Positions 1-12,900 of a stretch of DNA of 64,000 nt are shown here, one piece after another. Position 1 is the stretch's first letter, and each line of letters opens with the position of its first letter. The translations under genes were made by a program, and so were the position numbers. The stretch covers positions 19,098,001-19,162,000 of the forward strand of contig CM052816.1 in the NCBI GenBank assembly GCA_028534125.1, read 5' to 3'. The notes below the pieces were generated by a model that was not told the origin of the DNA, ran no database searches, and saw only the letters and a program-made list of their open reading frames with translations. The DNA comes from Lama glama. Lineage: Eukaryota.

Positions 1-2669
1 CTTGTTGAGTTGCTGGCATTTTGCACCTCTCCTACCCCCTGCAGCAGGCAGCCCTCTTTTAGCCAGGGAAGCCCTTTATGATTGCCATTTCTAAAAGTGG
101 ACTGAGGTTTTGTGTGGGGGGCGGGTGTTACTGAATGCTTGGCAAGGGGTGAGTTCGTGCTCTGGGTTCCTGCTTTTGTTCGCAGCCAGAGTCTGTCCTC
201 CATCTTTCTGGGCTGTGGTCGATGGCCCCAGCCCTCTGCTTGCCGCAGTGCAGGGGAGGGGTGGAGCATGGAACACACACTCATAAAAGGTGTGTCTCTG
301 AGGTGCTCCGGCTTGTGTGTCCCTTGATGGAGTTGCTATGGTAACTATCCATATGGAAAACATGCAGGAGTAAACAGAAGATAAAGCTCTTGCTCAACTA
401 GTCAAAGTGTGAATCTCTACCCTTCTTTGTTACCCTACTTGACACAGCTCCCTCCCTACCCCCCAGGACTGAAGGTCCACTCTTTGAAGGTAGTGGGTGG
501 GAGGGCCAGTTATCTTGGCCGTTGAAGATCAAAGATGAGATGGGGTTTTGCAGAAAGGAAGGAGTCCTGGCTTTTCTGGCTCTTTGAAAAAGGCAGAGGA
601 ATGACACAGAAATGACACCCAGACCCAGCTCTTTACAGGGAGCTGAAACACTCCTCACCCCGCTCCATACACCTCTCCAGTCCCTCCACATCCACCTCCT
701 GGTCACTCCCAGGTGGCTCCAGTCTGGCATCCCTGAGTCCAGGCTGAGTCAGCAGCAAAGTGAGCACAGTCCTTGAAATTTCCGAAATGTAGAAACTCAG
801 GCTATTGGAAATTTCACACAATGTGAAAGTGTGGGGGTGGGGCAGGGGAAAGCTAGTGGAAGTCAGGGGGAGCTCCTGGAGAATCGATCTTCAGATTTCT
901 CAGCAGTAAGTGCTGCTTAGAGTTCGCTGCATTGCTTTACTTCCTTGTGTTACATACTGCCTGTCCCTACCCAAATCAGAGGCCACCACACACAGGGAGT
1001 CCTAGGGACCCCTCCCACCCTTCAGGTCTTTGCATTCATCACCACCATCTTCCCTGCACAAGAAAAGCTAGGGCAGCACTGCCAAAAATAAAAAGACCAC
1101 ATCCCTCTTCCTCCACCCTCATCAACGGCCACTGTGCCTTCCCGTGGGGAGAGCCTCCACCAATACCCCAGGCAGGAAGAGGAAGCAGGCCACCTCCACC
1201 TTCCTGAGAAACCAGAATTTCAAACGATCTTCTTGCCAAAGGGGTGGCTTAGGGCAGTACTGTGGGTTTCTCTCTGTCTGTCTGTCTCTCTCTTTTAATG
1301 AGGGCCAGATAAGGGATTCTAAGCATATTATGGGGGAAAAGGTTGCAGTCCACCAACCTCCTCTGTATATTGTGGCTCTGTAGATACTGATGACCCCATG
1401 TTTCCCTGTGGCCTCAGAAAGTGGAGGAAAACTGGGGAGGCACGGGGGTGGTAAAGGCAGGAAGCCAGCCAAGTGGGCTGTAAGTCAGCAGTGCCAGCTG
1501 CCCCTCTCCAGACTTCCTGCCACATGGGCTCCAGCCCAGCACCAGCCATGGCTGGCTCTCCTTCCTGTGCCCTTACTCCCAGGGTCTGTCCTCCTGTTCG
1601 TCAGACTCCTGCTTCGCTTCTCCACAGGTGGGAGTTGGACAGCAGCATTGTAGATGTGCTGCCTCCCACGTTAACGTGGGAGAAGGCAGGCCAAGCTAGG
1701 CTCGCGTCTGCATTCTTGGCTCCTGGGGCATCCCAAGCACCCTTTTTCGCTTGGCCACACTAGGCTTTCTCCTCTGGACATTGGGACACACAGCCACCGT
1801 CAATTATAAGGAAGCTTCAGTGAAACTGCCAGGTCGGCCTGTACCCAGGCCATATGGGGAACCACCCTATTGTGACTAATGGGTGAGGGTGGGAAACATA
1901 CTGATTATCTCTTCTTCCTCTCTGGGCCTCACTCTCATGACTTGCAGATGTGACATTCAAGGCGAGGGACCCCTGTGGCCTGGGAGCATCTAGTAGTCAG
2001 AGACCTCAGAGTGCCTCTGGTGTCCAGGTATCATCAGTACAGTGATTACTGAGTAAATGAATTCCTGCCTTGGATTTAGGGGAAACCTCCTGGTCCAGGT
2101 ATGAGCAGCCAAGTAGCCCTCCAGCTTTACATATGGCAGTTTTTGTGTTGGGTTCAGTTGTCAGTACCCCTTAACAGTGTAAACCATGTAATAATGTAAA
2201 CTTTAAATTCATGATTTTCATGTACCTAGATTTCTTTCTAGTTATCTTATAGTGAGTTTTGATTTTGCTGGCGATGTCGAGTGTTCACAACATAACTTGG
2301 AATATTAGAAATCCCTCAGTACCAGGAAGAGGTCAGACTTGAGTTGAGCCCAGAAGGGTGGGTTAGATAGACATCACAAGCAGGGGGGCCATGGTGTGGA
2401 CAGAACTGAGGAGTGGGAGTATAAGATACATTTAGGGACAGTCTGCGTTTCTCATTAAGAAAATGAGGCGATTGTGATGAGGTTGACAGTTACCAAGAGA
2501 ACTGGGCCACCAAGGAGAAAAGAAATCTCTTGCCAAAAGGCACTTCCTAATTTCCCCCATCTTTGGCGCTCTGAAAGACCTGTCTTGTCTAGTGAGACCC
2601 TGCCCCACAGGACTGGTCAATAAACTCTAACTTAGCATCAACTATAGGTTAGGCTTGTATCCTCCTAAG

Positions 2670-3200
2670 TTTTTTTTCTTATTTTGAAAAATATCAGACA
2701 TACAGAATGCTGAAAGAGGAACTCTCTTATGTCTTTTATATCTTACTCTCTTACATCACACCTGGACTTAACAATTGTTAACATTTCATCACATTGTTTT
2801 TCCCTCTATAGACTTTTCTAGGATTATTTGAGAGTAAATTGCAGACATCAAGACATTTCACCCCTAAATACTTCAGCATGCCTCTCCTGAGAACAAGGTG
2901 TTCCCTTCAGTGTGGTAATACCATTATCACACTCAAGAAAATTAATAATTCCCTTGTGTCTAATATCCAGTCTACAGGAGGAGCTCCTCAGTTGTCACCA
3001 AAATGACTTTTATAGTTTCTTTTGTAATCAGCATCCCATCGCTTTGTATTTGGCTGCTGTTATGTCTGTTTAGCCTCTTTTAATCTGCTATACCCCACCT
3101 CTTTTATGTTTTTATGGCATTGACTTTGTAAAGGCTCCAGTCACATCCTTCTTGTTTTGAACCTGAGTATGCAGGTGTTTAATATTGATTCCATCAACAT
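2670..3200 (-). mobile_element. ancient L1 3' end fragment (L1MC4/L1MC5-like)
   Basis: CATTTCACCCCTAAATACTTCAGCATG...AACAAGG resembles the recalled L1MC 3' end consensus; boundaries approximate. Confidence 0.6.
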
Positions 3201-3359
3201 AAATTTTGTAAGTAATATGCCTCCTGCCCCTGAAGTCCCATAAACCCATACACGAGCCATTGCTCAAGATGCACAGTTCACTCTCGGGCCACACTGCTGG
3301 CTCCTCGGGGTTGGTGTTGGTGACGTCCAGAGTCTGTCTGCAGGCAGCCTTGTTCTCGG

Positions 3360-3480
3360 AAATAGGTTCAAATCTCAGCTCTACCACTTCTCACTGAGGG
3401 ACTTTTCAGCTGGTGGTCCTTTCTTCTCTCTATGCATCAGTGTCTTCATCGCCACAACAAAGGGATTGGACTAGGGGCCT
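3360..3480 (+). mobile_element. MIR SINE fragment
   Basis: GGTTCAAATCTCAGCTCTACCACTT core similarity. Confidence 0.6.
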
Positions 3481-3527
3481 CCTCGTCCTGCTCATCTTTG
3501 CCTCTGAACACCTCTGTGACTTGGCTC

Positions 3528-4022
3528 TATTACTGAGTCCAGTCTCATACTGCTTACCATACAACAGGCCAGTAAATCAAGAGATGAGTTGTTGGGGCAA
3601 TAAATAGCAACTTTATTTGGAAAGCGAGCAGACTGAGAAGATGGTGGTCTAGTATCTTAAAGAACTATCTTAACCCAAGTCAGAATTCAGACTTCTTTTA
3701 AACTAAAAGGGGAAGGGGTGTGGCTGGTTGTTGAAAACTTCTTGGTGTCTGAATCCCTTGTTCTTGCAGCTGTCCATATAGATCAAGTCACATGTTCATG
3801 TAAACCTCCAACAAGACATGTATTCTCTGTTCTGTAACTTTTTATCTCTATATGAATGGTAAAGTGTTACATCTTTAAAGGTCAGAGCATTGAGAATGCG
3901 CTATCCTCTATATTTCAGGCTCTAGGCAACATTCTTAACTTACAGCAAAAACAATAGAATACAAAGGTTAAAGTAAAAGAAATAGATCTAATATGAAGTC
4001 AGATTTGCTCTTCCCTTTTATA
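3528..4022 (-). mobile_element. solo ERV1 LTR, cetartiodactyl MER41-like
   Basis: 495 bp flanked by 4-bp TSD GCTC (3524-3527, 4023-4026); minus strand starts ...GGGAAGAGCAAATCTGACTTCATATTAGATCT; minus-strand AATAAA near its 3' end. Confidence 0.8.
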
Positions 4023-4194
4023 GCTCCAAGCGTTGTCAGGCAGACCCCCTGCAGCTTCGTAGCTCAAGTTAGCTGCCTTGGGAAGCTGTTGCCAGTTCCC
4101 ATTCCTGGCACCAAGAACAGGAGATCTGGGAGGATGCACATGGTCCTCTGATGCTCAAATGTGACCATATGCCTTTCCCCTCTGCTCCCCACAG

Positions 4195-4301
4195 CGGAGA
4201 TTCTGGAGCTGGCTGGCAACGCAGCAAGAGACAACAAGAAGGGCCGGGTCACGCCCCGGCACATCCTGTTGGCCGTGGCCAATGACGAAGAGCTGAATCA
4301 G
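4195..4301 (+). CDS. MACROH2A1: macroH2A1 coding exon 3 (histone-fold region)
   Basis: acag|CG GAG ATT... encodes (A)[35 protein letters not shown]; 107 nt; donor CAG|gtatgg. Confidence 0.98.
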
Positions 4302-4740
4302 GTATGGGGCTCTCCTGTGCTTCCCCCACCCAGACACTCCAGCAGGTGGTCATGCTGCCCAAGAAGTGAGCTGTCTGTCCAGGGGGAGGGTGGCGTGTGG
4401 CTGGCTGTCAAGGGAGTGGACTGCATTTTGGACTATTAGCAGCTTCCCTCCCCTCCATGGCAGTTTTTCCCCAAGGCTTTATTGGTTGGGGGGAAATGAA
4501 ACAAGGAATTTGGCTCTCCTTGGAGGAAAGATGTTTTGGACACTCCACCTGAGTGAGTGAGGGACTCTGAAGGCTTGCTCCCAGTATAGTGAGCCAGGGT
4601 CCTGTCAGCATCCTTGTAGGTGCCATGGAGGAAGGAGCTCTACCAACCAAAAGCAAGAGCGTGGGTGGACAGGGTGACTTCTTGAAGGTCAGGGACAGGG
4701 TGGTCTGGCTCACCATCTGCTGCTTTGGTTTTCCTGCAAG

Positions 4741-4938
4741 CTGCTAAAAGGAGTCACCATAGCCAGCGGAGGGGTGTTACCAAACATCCATCCAGAGTTG
4801 CTAGCGAAGAAACGAGGATCCAAAGGGAAGTTGGAAGCCATCATCACGCCACCCCCAGCCAAAAAGGCCAAATCTCCGTCCCAGAAGAAGCCCGTGTCTA
4901 AGAAAGCAGGGGGCAAGAAAGGGGCCCGGAAATCCAAG
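4741..4938 (+). CDS. MACROH2A1: macroH2A1 coding exon 4 (end of histone fold, basic linker)
   Basis: tgcaag|CTG CTA AAA encodes LLKGVTIASGGVLPNIHPELLAKKRGSKGKLEAIITPPPAKKAKSPSQKKPVSKKAGGKKGARKSK; 198 nt; donor AAG|gtgcgt. Confidence 0.98.
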
Positions 4939-7879
4939 GTGCGTATGTGATTTGGCAGGGACCTGTGGCGGGTGGAGTGGGCAGGTGCCGGCACGTGGGA
5001 TCACAAGGGCTCCTCTTTCTGGTGAGGGCTCATCTTCCTCATGGGGCGGGGGACTATACGAACATGTAGAGCTGGTAACAGAGGGCTGGTCCAGCTGAAG
5101 TGGCCAGAATCTGGACACAAGTGTGGGACTAGATACCTGTAGGCAAGGGGAATGTGGGGAGGTGCCAGGGCAGATAGCCCCAGGCTGGAAGGACCTCGTG
5201 CTCAGCCTTCCAGGAGATGCCCATGCCTGTGGGGAGAGACCTGTGTGTGCAGGAGCTTCCCTGTGCGAGGGATAGCAGTCAAGTCCTGCCCAGAGGTGTC
5301 GGCTGCCTGCTTGCCCTTGACTCACTCAGAACTGTTTTGTTGCCGTGGCTGCATGGCCTCCTCCGAACCTGTTCCAGCAGGGATGGTTGGGATAGTTTGC
5401 TCTTTGGAATGACTGCCTTGTTAAAGGGGAAAATGAATGCATTATTTGGGTGCTTCCTGCCAGACCTACTTGGACTGAGGCTAGATTGTCGGTGCTGATG
5501 TTTCGTGGGGAGTGAAATCCTCTCATGAGTGTGACCTAATTAGTTGGGCAGGCCAATTGATCCCGAGCCAGGGTCCTCCTAGCCCACCCTCCGGAGGGTC
5601 CGTGCCTGTGGGTGGTTGTACTCATCTGTCTGAGACTCCAAGGCGACTAGGACACATTTTCTGTGTTCCTTCCTTGCTGGGCCCTACCTCTCAGCTGTCG
5701 TCACAGATTCCAGCCAACAAATTAGGAACAGTGCCATTAAAGCTGTCTCTAATAAATGGAATCTCAGGGCTGCCCCACCCTACCCTGCCCTGCGATGCCC
5801 CCTCAGGAATCATCCTTCTGGCCTCCAGCCAGACTAGGTAGAAGTCACTTCCGGCCAAAGGTGACCTCCCTATTTTGTAAGACCCTCAATAATCATTTGG
5901 AAACACCTTGTGGGGTTTAATGCAATGTCAATGTCAAGATGTTCTTCCTTCCAAATCCCAAAGCCCTCACCAGAGTGAGATGATGAGGACACCTTCCCAG
6001 GATAGGTCCAGGAGAACTGACCTGGAGTCACTCACTAGCCCACCCTCCCAGCATGTCCCCTCCTCTGTGCCCATCCAAAGTTAGGCAGGTCTTTCCCACC
6101 TTCTCTCATCTCTCACCTCTCATCCACACTGTTGGCTCTCTTCAGTTGAGGTGGAAGAAGCTGCATTGTTTGTACATCCTTTTGGGTGCAAACACTTGCC
6201 TGAAAACAAAATTTAAATTCCTCTTGCCAACAGGCCCCCACCCCATCCCACCCGGCTCACAATCACTCCCAGCTCTTTGAGAGAGAAACCCAATACTGAA
6301 GAGTATCCTGTAAGTTATTTGCAGATACTGCACTCAACCTGGCTCACAAGTCCTGGAGGAGGTTGGGCAGGCGGGGATTTCACAGAATGCTCCATTACTC
6401 ATTCCTGCTAACTATAAAATTAGCAGATTGAACTGTTCCCTTTTCTCCTTGCAACATTTGCGTTTGTGGGAAGAAGCAGGACAGGGAAGTCAGGGGGAAG
6501 TGCTTGTTCCACCCCTCTTTAAATGTTAAAAAAGAAGACAGGTGCCAAATCCATTGTCTCTTGATCTTGGGCCTCAGGGAGCTGGCTGCCCACAGAGCAG
6601 GGCCCTTGGTGCTTGGTAGGCACTGGGGGCCCCCAGGGGCAGGACTGTACCCCCTCATATAGCCTTCCTGCGCTGCGACCAGAGCCATGGCCTTGCTCAT
6701 GTGGGCTGCTGCTCTCTGATGTTCAAAAGCACCTCTCCAACTAGAGTGTCTCTTGCAACCATGGGTTAAACCTTGCTCCATGTCACCCACAGTCTTCAGC
6801 TGGAGTTTTTGTCCCATGACTTTCTGAACTTCCCAACTGACCGAACTCTAAAATGCTTTTTCTTTCTTTTTGGACTTGAAACATAGAGGGTGCTTTTGTG
6901 TATGTGTGCGTGTGTGTCTTTAGTGTCTAGTAGCTATATTTGGAACTCAGTGTTTCTAATAACCATATGCCAATAATCACTTGAACGCTCAACTTTTCCC
7001 TTGATTACAAAAGCAGGAAGTCTGTTATGGTGGTCTGTTTTTCTTCCACACAATAAAACACATTGTCTGCTTACTGTACCAGTATTTGGCTAACATTAAA
7101 CCCTGGGGGAAGCTGAAATTGGAACCGTGAACAGCTAATTTTCAAAACATTTGTTTAATGTAAATTGTGGTGTCAGCTCCCAGAATCAGCGGAGAACCCT
7201 GCATCTCCAGGTTTCAGTGGAATGTTCTGAAAATAACCTTTCCAGAGACATGCAGAGAAAGCCTTAGTAACATGCTAAAGCACTTGTAGTGAAAGGGGGT
7301 TGGTATTTTTCAAGTGTCAACACTTGAATTCCAAATCATAATTTTTCCCCCAATTCTCTGTAATTGGAAGGTTTTGAAAGTCTCCAGTTGTGACAGCTGA
7401 GTCAGCTAGAATGGAAACCGTTAGAGAAGGCAGCACGACCCACTGGGGGCTGGGAGTCTGGGGCCCTGGCAGTGCGTTGGGGTTCTTCCTTCCTACCTGG
7501 GAGGCTTCAGGCAAGTCTTTGCCTCAGTTTACCACCCCCCACCATGAAGTGATGGGGTCCAGTCCAGCCTTATAAATTCAGTTACTCTAGTGAGCAATCA
7601 CATAATGTCTCTGGGTGATATGTGTAAGCATTTGGATGGTACAGAGGAGTGTGCAGTAATAAAATCTCTCTCACACCACAGCCCTCCCTCTCTCCTCCCC
7701 AGGGCAGTTTCCATAGTGTTTTCATGTACCCTTCCAAAAAGTATGCACATAAGAGCGTATAGATATATAAAGCCTTCCCTACCCTGTTAGCCTTTGAAAA
7801 TATATGTATGTGAGTCATGTTACCCAGTGTTTTGGCAGTGTGTTGTCAGTGGCTACAGGTGCCAGCTCACCTGGCTTTG

Positions 7880-8050
7880 TATTATTCCAACTCTGTCAGT
7901 TCTTGGCTGGGTGACTTCGGGCAGTTATTTAACTTCTCTGGTATCTCAGTTTTCCTCATCTGTAAAATGGAGGCATAACACAGGCTGGTTGGGAGGCTTA
8001 CTAGAGAGTTCATGTGCAGTGCTTACAGTGGTTTCTGGCACAAATGTCTA
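7880..8050 (+). mobile_element. MIR SINE
   Basis: GGGCAGTTATTTAACTTCTCTG...CTCAGTTTTCCTCATCTGTAAAATGG core. Confidence 0.85.
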
Positions 8051-8754
8051 CTTTGGCAGTTCTCCCTTTCCTCGGCATGTGGAGTTTCATGGTATGACTC
8101 CAGTTACTGGTACAATATGCAGAACCGATGTAACCAGTTCTCCGGGATTTTTTAGCATCCATTCTGACAAACAGTGCTGTGGCGACCATCGTTGTGTGGC
8201 GGGTCTCTGCTCACGTGCAACTGTGTCTATAGGAGAAAGTCTTCAAGGTGGACTCGCTGAGGCAGACACTGTATTTTTAACCTTTGATGGCTGTTACTCA
8301 CATATACAGCATATGGTCCCATTAAGGAATTTCAAAAGTGATATTATTCTTTTCACATTTGACACAGAGTTGTTTAAAGAAGATGGATCCATTCGATCCG
8401 TATTTATGGAGTCTCCATGTGCTGGTTTCCTCTTCTTGGTAGTGAGGGTACAGCAGTGGACCAAAGGCCCTCGCCCTCCCTTGGTGCTCAGTGAACTCTG
8501 GTATAGTGAGAGAGACAGAGGTGTTACAGAAGGTGGGGTGAGTGGATGCTTTGACCAAAATAAAGTGGGGTGATGGTGTGGCAGTGTTGTCTTACATGGA
8601 TGGTCAAGTGAGACTTCTCTGGTAAGGTGACACTTGAAGAGACCTGAGGGAGTAAGGTATCTGGGCATTCAAGTGACTAAGAAGAGAGAGCTCTTGGCAT
8701 AGGGTGGGAGCATTCCTGGCTCCTCCCAGAAAAAAACGTGACAGGCCTTCATGT

Positions 8755-8900
8755 GGGGTCCCTAATTTTTCATAACATGGATGGCTTTGGCAGTCAGGGC
8801 AGCCTGAGGACCCCTCTCAAGATAAGGTTTTCAAATGTATAAAATACTAAAGATTCAAAGGAAACCATTTATGCCTGAACCTCCCAGGTTAAGACCCCTT
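8755..8900. mobile_element. internally deleted hAT-Charlie MITE (MER119-like)
   Basis: TTTGGCAGTC...GACCCCT...AAAGGAAACCA internal sequence; right end CCAGGTTAAGACCCCT resembles the terminal inverted repeat. Confidence 0.55.
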
Positions 8901-9859
8901 GTCAGAATGCTCACCAAAAGTCATAGTGTAATCTTTTAGGGCATCTCCAAGAAGATAGTTTTTGCCAAAAGTTTTGATAAACAATAATCTTACCTAGGAT
9001 TTTTCGAAGTAAACACACACTACCTCCCCAAATGAACTCCACCCCCGTGTGCAAATCACTCCTGGATCAAGAAGATACGCTAGCTCCTCACTACCTGGCA
9101 GAAAGCCCAGGATGATTTTGGTGAAGTGCCTCTTTCTTTTTTGAGAAATACTTAAAGTGCAAGTGAGTGATTAACATTCTGGTAAGGGATGCCAAAGAAA
9201 GGATTGGTTCTTTTGAGAAGCTGCCATCCTTGCAAAATTTTGCTGACTTTTTAATGAAGTTTCCGGAGGCTCAAACATCAGAGCGAACAAGACTGGGTAA
9301 TCTCGGGTTGATAATTTCACACACGTCTTTTTGAATAGTCAGTTCTGTAGATTCTTAAATATATCTCCCACTGACTGTGACCTCACAGGTTTTCTGCTCC
9401 TCAGAACAGAGCTGAGTGCATGCACAGTACGTGGAGTTTTGGGGTTTGTAGAACAACATACATTTCTAAAACATCAATCGTTTTTGGAAATAGACAAAGT
9501 ATTGCTTGTTAGCTTTTGTCACCCTGGGCCAGGATATGAAAAGAATCGACCACCTACTATCACCATTTCATATAAGAAAGAGCATTTTAATACCAAAAAG
9601 TTAGGAAGGAATATAATCTCAGACAAAAGACCTTATGAAAAACTTAGAACACAGTACTATTGGAACGTAGTGACATCTCATGAGACAACTGTGCAGACCT
9701 GAAGCACCCTGTCACAGGCTGCAAAACTTGCAGAGAAGAGGCACACATTGTCTGCCAGTTGGACAGAGTGGAGGCAACAGGAAAGGAATGGCTGGTATCA
9801 CACAGGGTTTTTACCGCTTTCTCTGTCTTGGCCACCTGTTTAGTCATTTCGCCTGCCTT

Positions 9860-9970
9860 ATCTGATTTTCCCGATGAGGAAGCTAAGACTTAAGAAAGGT
9901 GAGCCATTTGACCAACGCTATGCAGCTAGTAGAATCAGGACTCAAATGCAAAAGTTCTGATACTGTGTGT
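9860..9970 (-). mobile_element. MIR SINE fragment
   Basis: GATGAGGAAGCTAAGACTTAAGAAAGGTGAG...CAGCTAGTAGAATCAGGACTCAAA. Confidence 0.7.
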
Positions 9971-12900
9971 CCTGTGACTGTGGACCACTTTCCTTGGCAG
10001 AATCCCCTCTGGTCTAGTGGTGGAAGGCTGCAAAGCCGCCCACTGCAGGGTGTGTGGGGCAACAGTTTAAAAAAAATTTTTAATATTATATTATGGCCTC
10101 TCATTAAATTTATTTGTGCATTCATGATACGTAGTCTGTTTATAATTTCCACCTCTCACCCTCTACAGTATTCTTGCTTTTCCTCATTTTATTAAGTTAT
10201 AAATGACATATGTAATGTATACCTTTTAGGCGCACAGCATAATGATTTGACTTAACGTGTATTGTGAAATGATCGTTTCACAATAAGTGTAGTTAACATC
10301 CATCTCATGTAGATACAGAAAAAAATGTTTTTTAACTTGTGATGAGACCTCTTAGGATCTACTCTCTTAACAGATTTCCTATATGTCACACAGCAGTGTT
10401 CACTGTAATCATGTTGTACATTACATCCCCAGTACTTATTTAACTGGAAGTTTGTACCTTTGACCACCTTCCTCCAATCCCTCCTTCCCCAACCCCCTGC
10501 CCCTGGTAACCAGAAATCTGATCTCTATTTTTCTGTGAGTTTGGTTTTTTATTATTAATTTTTAAGATGCCACATATGAGAATGACTATTTGATATTTGT
10601 CTTTCTTTGTCTGACTTACTTCTCTTAGCATAATGCTGTCAAGGTCCATTGATTTTGTTGCAGGTGGCAGAATTTACTTCATTTTTATGGCTGAGTAATA
10701 TTCCATTTTGTTTATGTAGGTGTATATATATGTGTGTGTATCATATTTTCTTTGTCCTTTCATCTACTGATGACACTTAGGTGGTTTCCATATTTCCATA
10801 TCTTGTAAATAATGCTGTGGTGAATAGCTTGCCTTTTCATTTTGTTGATGGTTTCCTTTGCTGTGCAAAAACTTTTTAGATGTATCCTACTCGTTTATTT
10901 TTGCTTTTGTTGCCTTTTCTTATGGTGTCAAATCCAAAAAATCATTGTCAAGATTGATAACAAAAAGCTTACTGTTTGTTTTCTTCTAGGAGTTTTATGG
11001 TTTCTGGTCTTAGGTTCAAGTCTTCAACCATTTTGAGGTAATTGTTGTGTATAGTGTAAGGTAGTGGTGCAGTTTTACCCTTAGTTGTGGCTGTCCAGTT
11101 TTCCCAACACCATTTATTGAAATCACTGTCTCTTCTCTACTGTCTATTCTTGGCTCCTTTGTTGTAAATTAATTGGCCATATATGCATGGGTTTATTTCT
11201 GGGCTCTGTATTCTACTCTGTTGATCTGTGTGTCTTTTTATGCCCGTGCCATACTCTTGATTACTAAAACTTTATAATGTAGTTTGAAGTCAAGGAGCGT
11301 GATGCCTCCGGATACGTTCTTTCTCAAGATAGCTTTGGTTATTTGGGGGTCTTTCATGGTTCCATACAAATTTTAGATTGTTCTATTTCTGTGAAAAATG
11401 GCTCTGGACTTTGGATAGGGATTGCATTGAATCTTTAGATTGCTTTGGGCATTATGGACATTTTACAGTATTAACTCTTCCAGTCCTTAATTACAGAATA
11501 TATTTACTTTTATTTGGATCTTTAATTTCTTTCATCAGTGTCTTACAGTTTTCATTGTGTAGGGCTTTCACCTCCTTGGTTAAATTTAATCCTAGATATT
11601 CCTTTTAGTGCAGTTGTAAATGGGATTACTTTCTTAATTTCTCTCTATGATAATTCATTATTAGTGTATGGAAATACTGCAGAAAAAAAAAAAGAAATAC
11701 TGCAGGTATCTGTATTGATTTTGTGTCCTGTAACTTTACTGAATGCATTTACTAGTTTTAATAATTTTTTTTGGTGGATTCCTTAGGGTTTTCTACATAT
11801 AATATCATGTCATCTGCAAATAGTAGTTTTACTTCTTCCTTCCTGATTTGGATACCTTTTCTTTTTCCCTAATTGCTGTAGCTAGGACTTTCAGACTATG
11901 TTGAGTAGCAGTGGTAAGAGTATGCATCCTTATCTTGCTCCTGATCTTAAAGGAAGAGCTCTCCGCTTTTCATCGTGAGTATGATGTTAGCTGTAGGCTT
12001 GGCATATATGGCCTCTATTATGTTGGGGTATGTTCCCTCTGTATCCACTTTGTTGAAAGTTTTAAATCACAGACAGACATTGAATTTTGTCAAATGCTTT
12101 TTCTGCATCTGTTCAGATGATACTGGGATCATCATATGACCTTTTATCCTTCATTAGTTAATGTGGTGTATTACATAGATGGATTTGTTGAACCATCTTT
12201 GCATCCTTCGAATGAGTTCCACTTGATCATGGTGTATTAACCTGTTAATAGATTGTTGAATTCAATTTGCTAGTATTTTATTGAGAATTTTTCCATCTGT
12301 GTTCATCAGGGATATTGGCTTGTAATTTTAGTTATTTATTTATTTCTTTAGTGTCCTTGTCTGGTTTTGGTTCAGGATAATGCTGGCCTTGTACAATGAG
12401 TTTGGAGCATTTCCAACTCTTCTACATTTTGCAAGAATTTGCAAAGGATTGATATTAATTCTTCCTTAAATGTTTGGTAGAATTCACCTGTAAAGCTGTC
12501 TGGTCCTGGACTTTTGTTTGTTGGATTACAGATTCAATCTCATTACTAGTAATTGATCTGTTCCATTTTCTGCTTCTTCATGACACCCTCTTGCTAGGTT
12601 GTATGTTTCTAGGAATTTATCCATTACTTCTAGGGTGTCCAATTTGTCAGCATATAATTGTCATAGTAGTCTTTTGTGATCCTTTGTACTCGTGTACTCC
12701 TCTTTAATTTCTGATTTTATTCGTTTGAGTTATTTGTCTTTTTTTCTTTCTCAGTCTAGCTAGTTTTGTTCATATTTTCAGAGAACCACCTATTCTATTT
12801 ATCATTTCTGCTGTCTTTTTAGTTGCTATTTCATGTATTTCTCCTCTGGTCTTTGTTATTTCCTTCTACCATTTTTGGGCTTCAGTTCTTTTTCTAGTTC

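Noticed and set aside
1..4194. MACROH2A1 start codon exon or promoter
   Set aside because: No MSSRGGKKK-coding exon or CpG island here; this is intron 2 and the 5' end lies upstream of the window
7794..8573. Longest ORF in the track (259 aa, + strand)
   Set aside because: Non-ATG start, runs through a MIR SINE, no recognisable domain; chance intronic ORF
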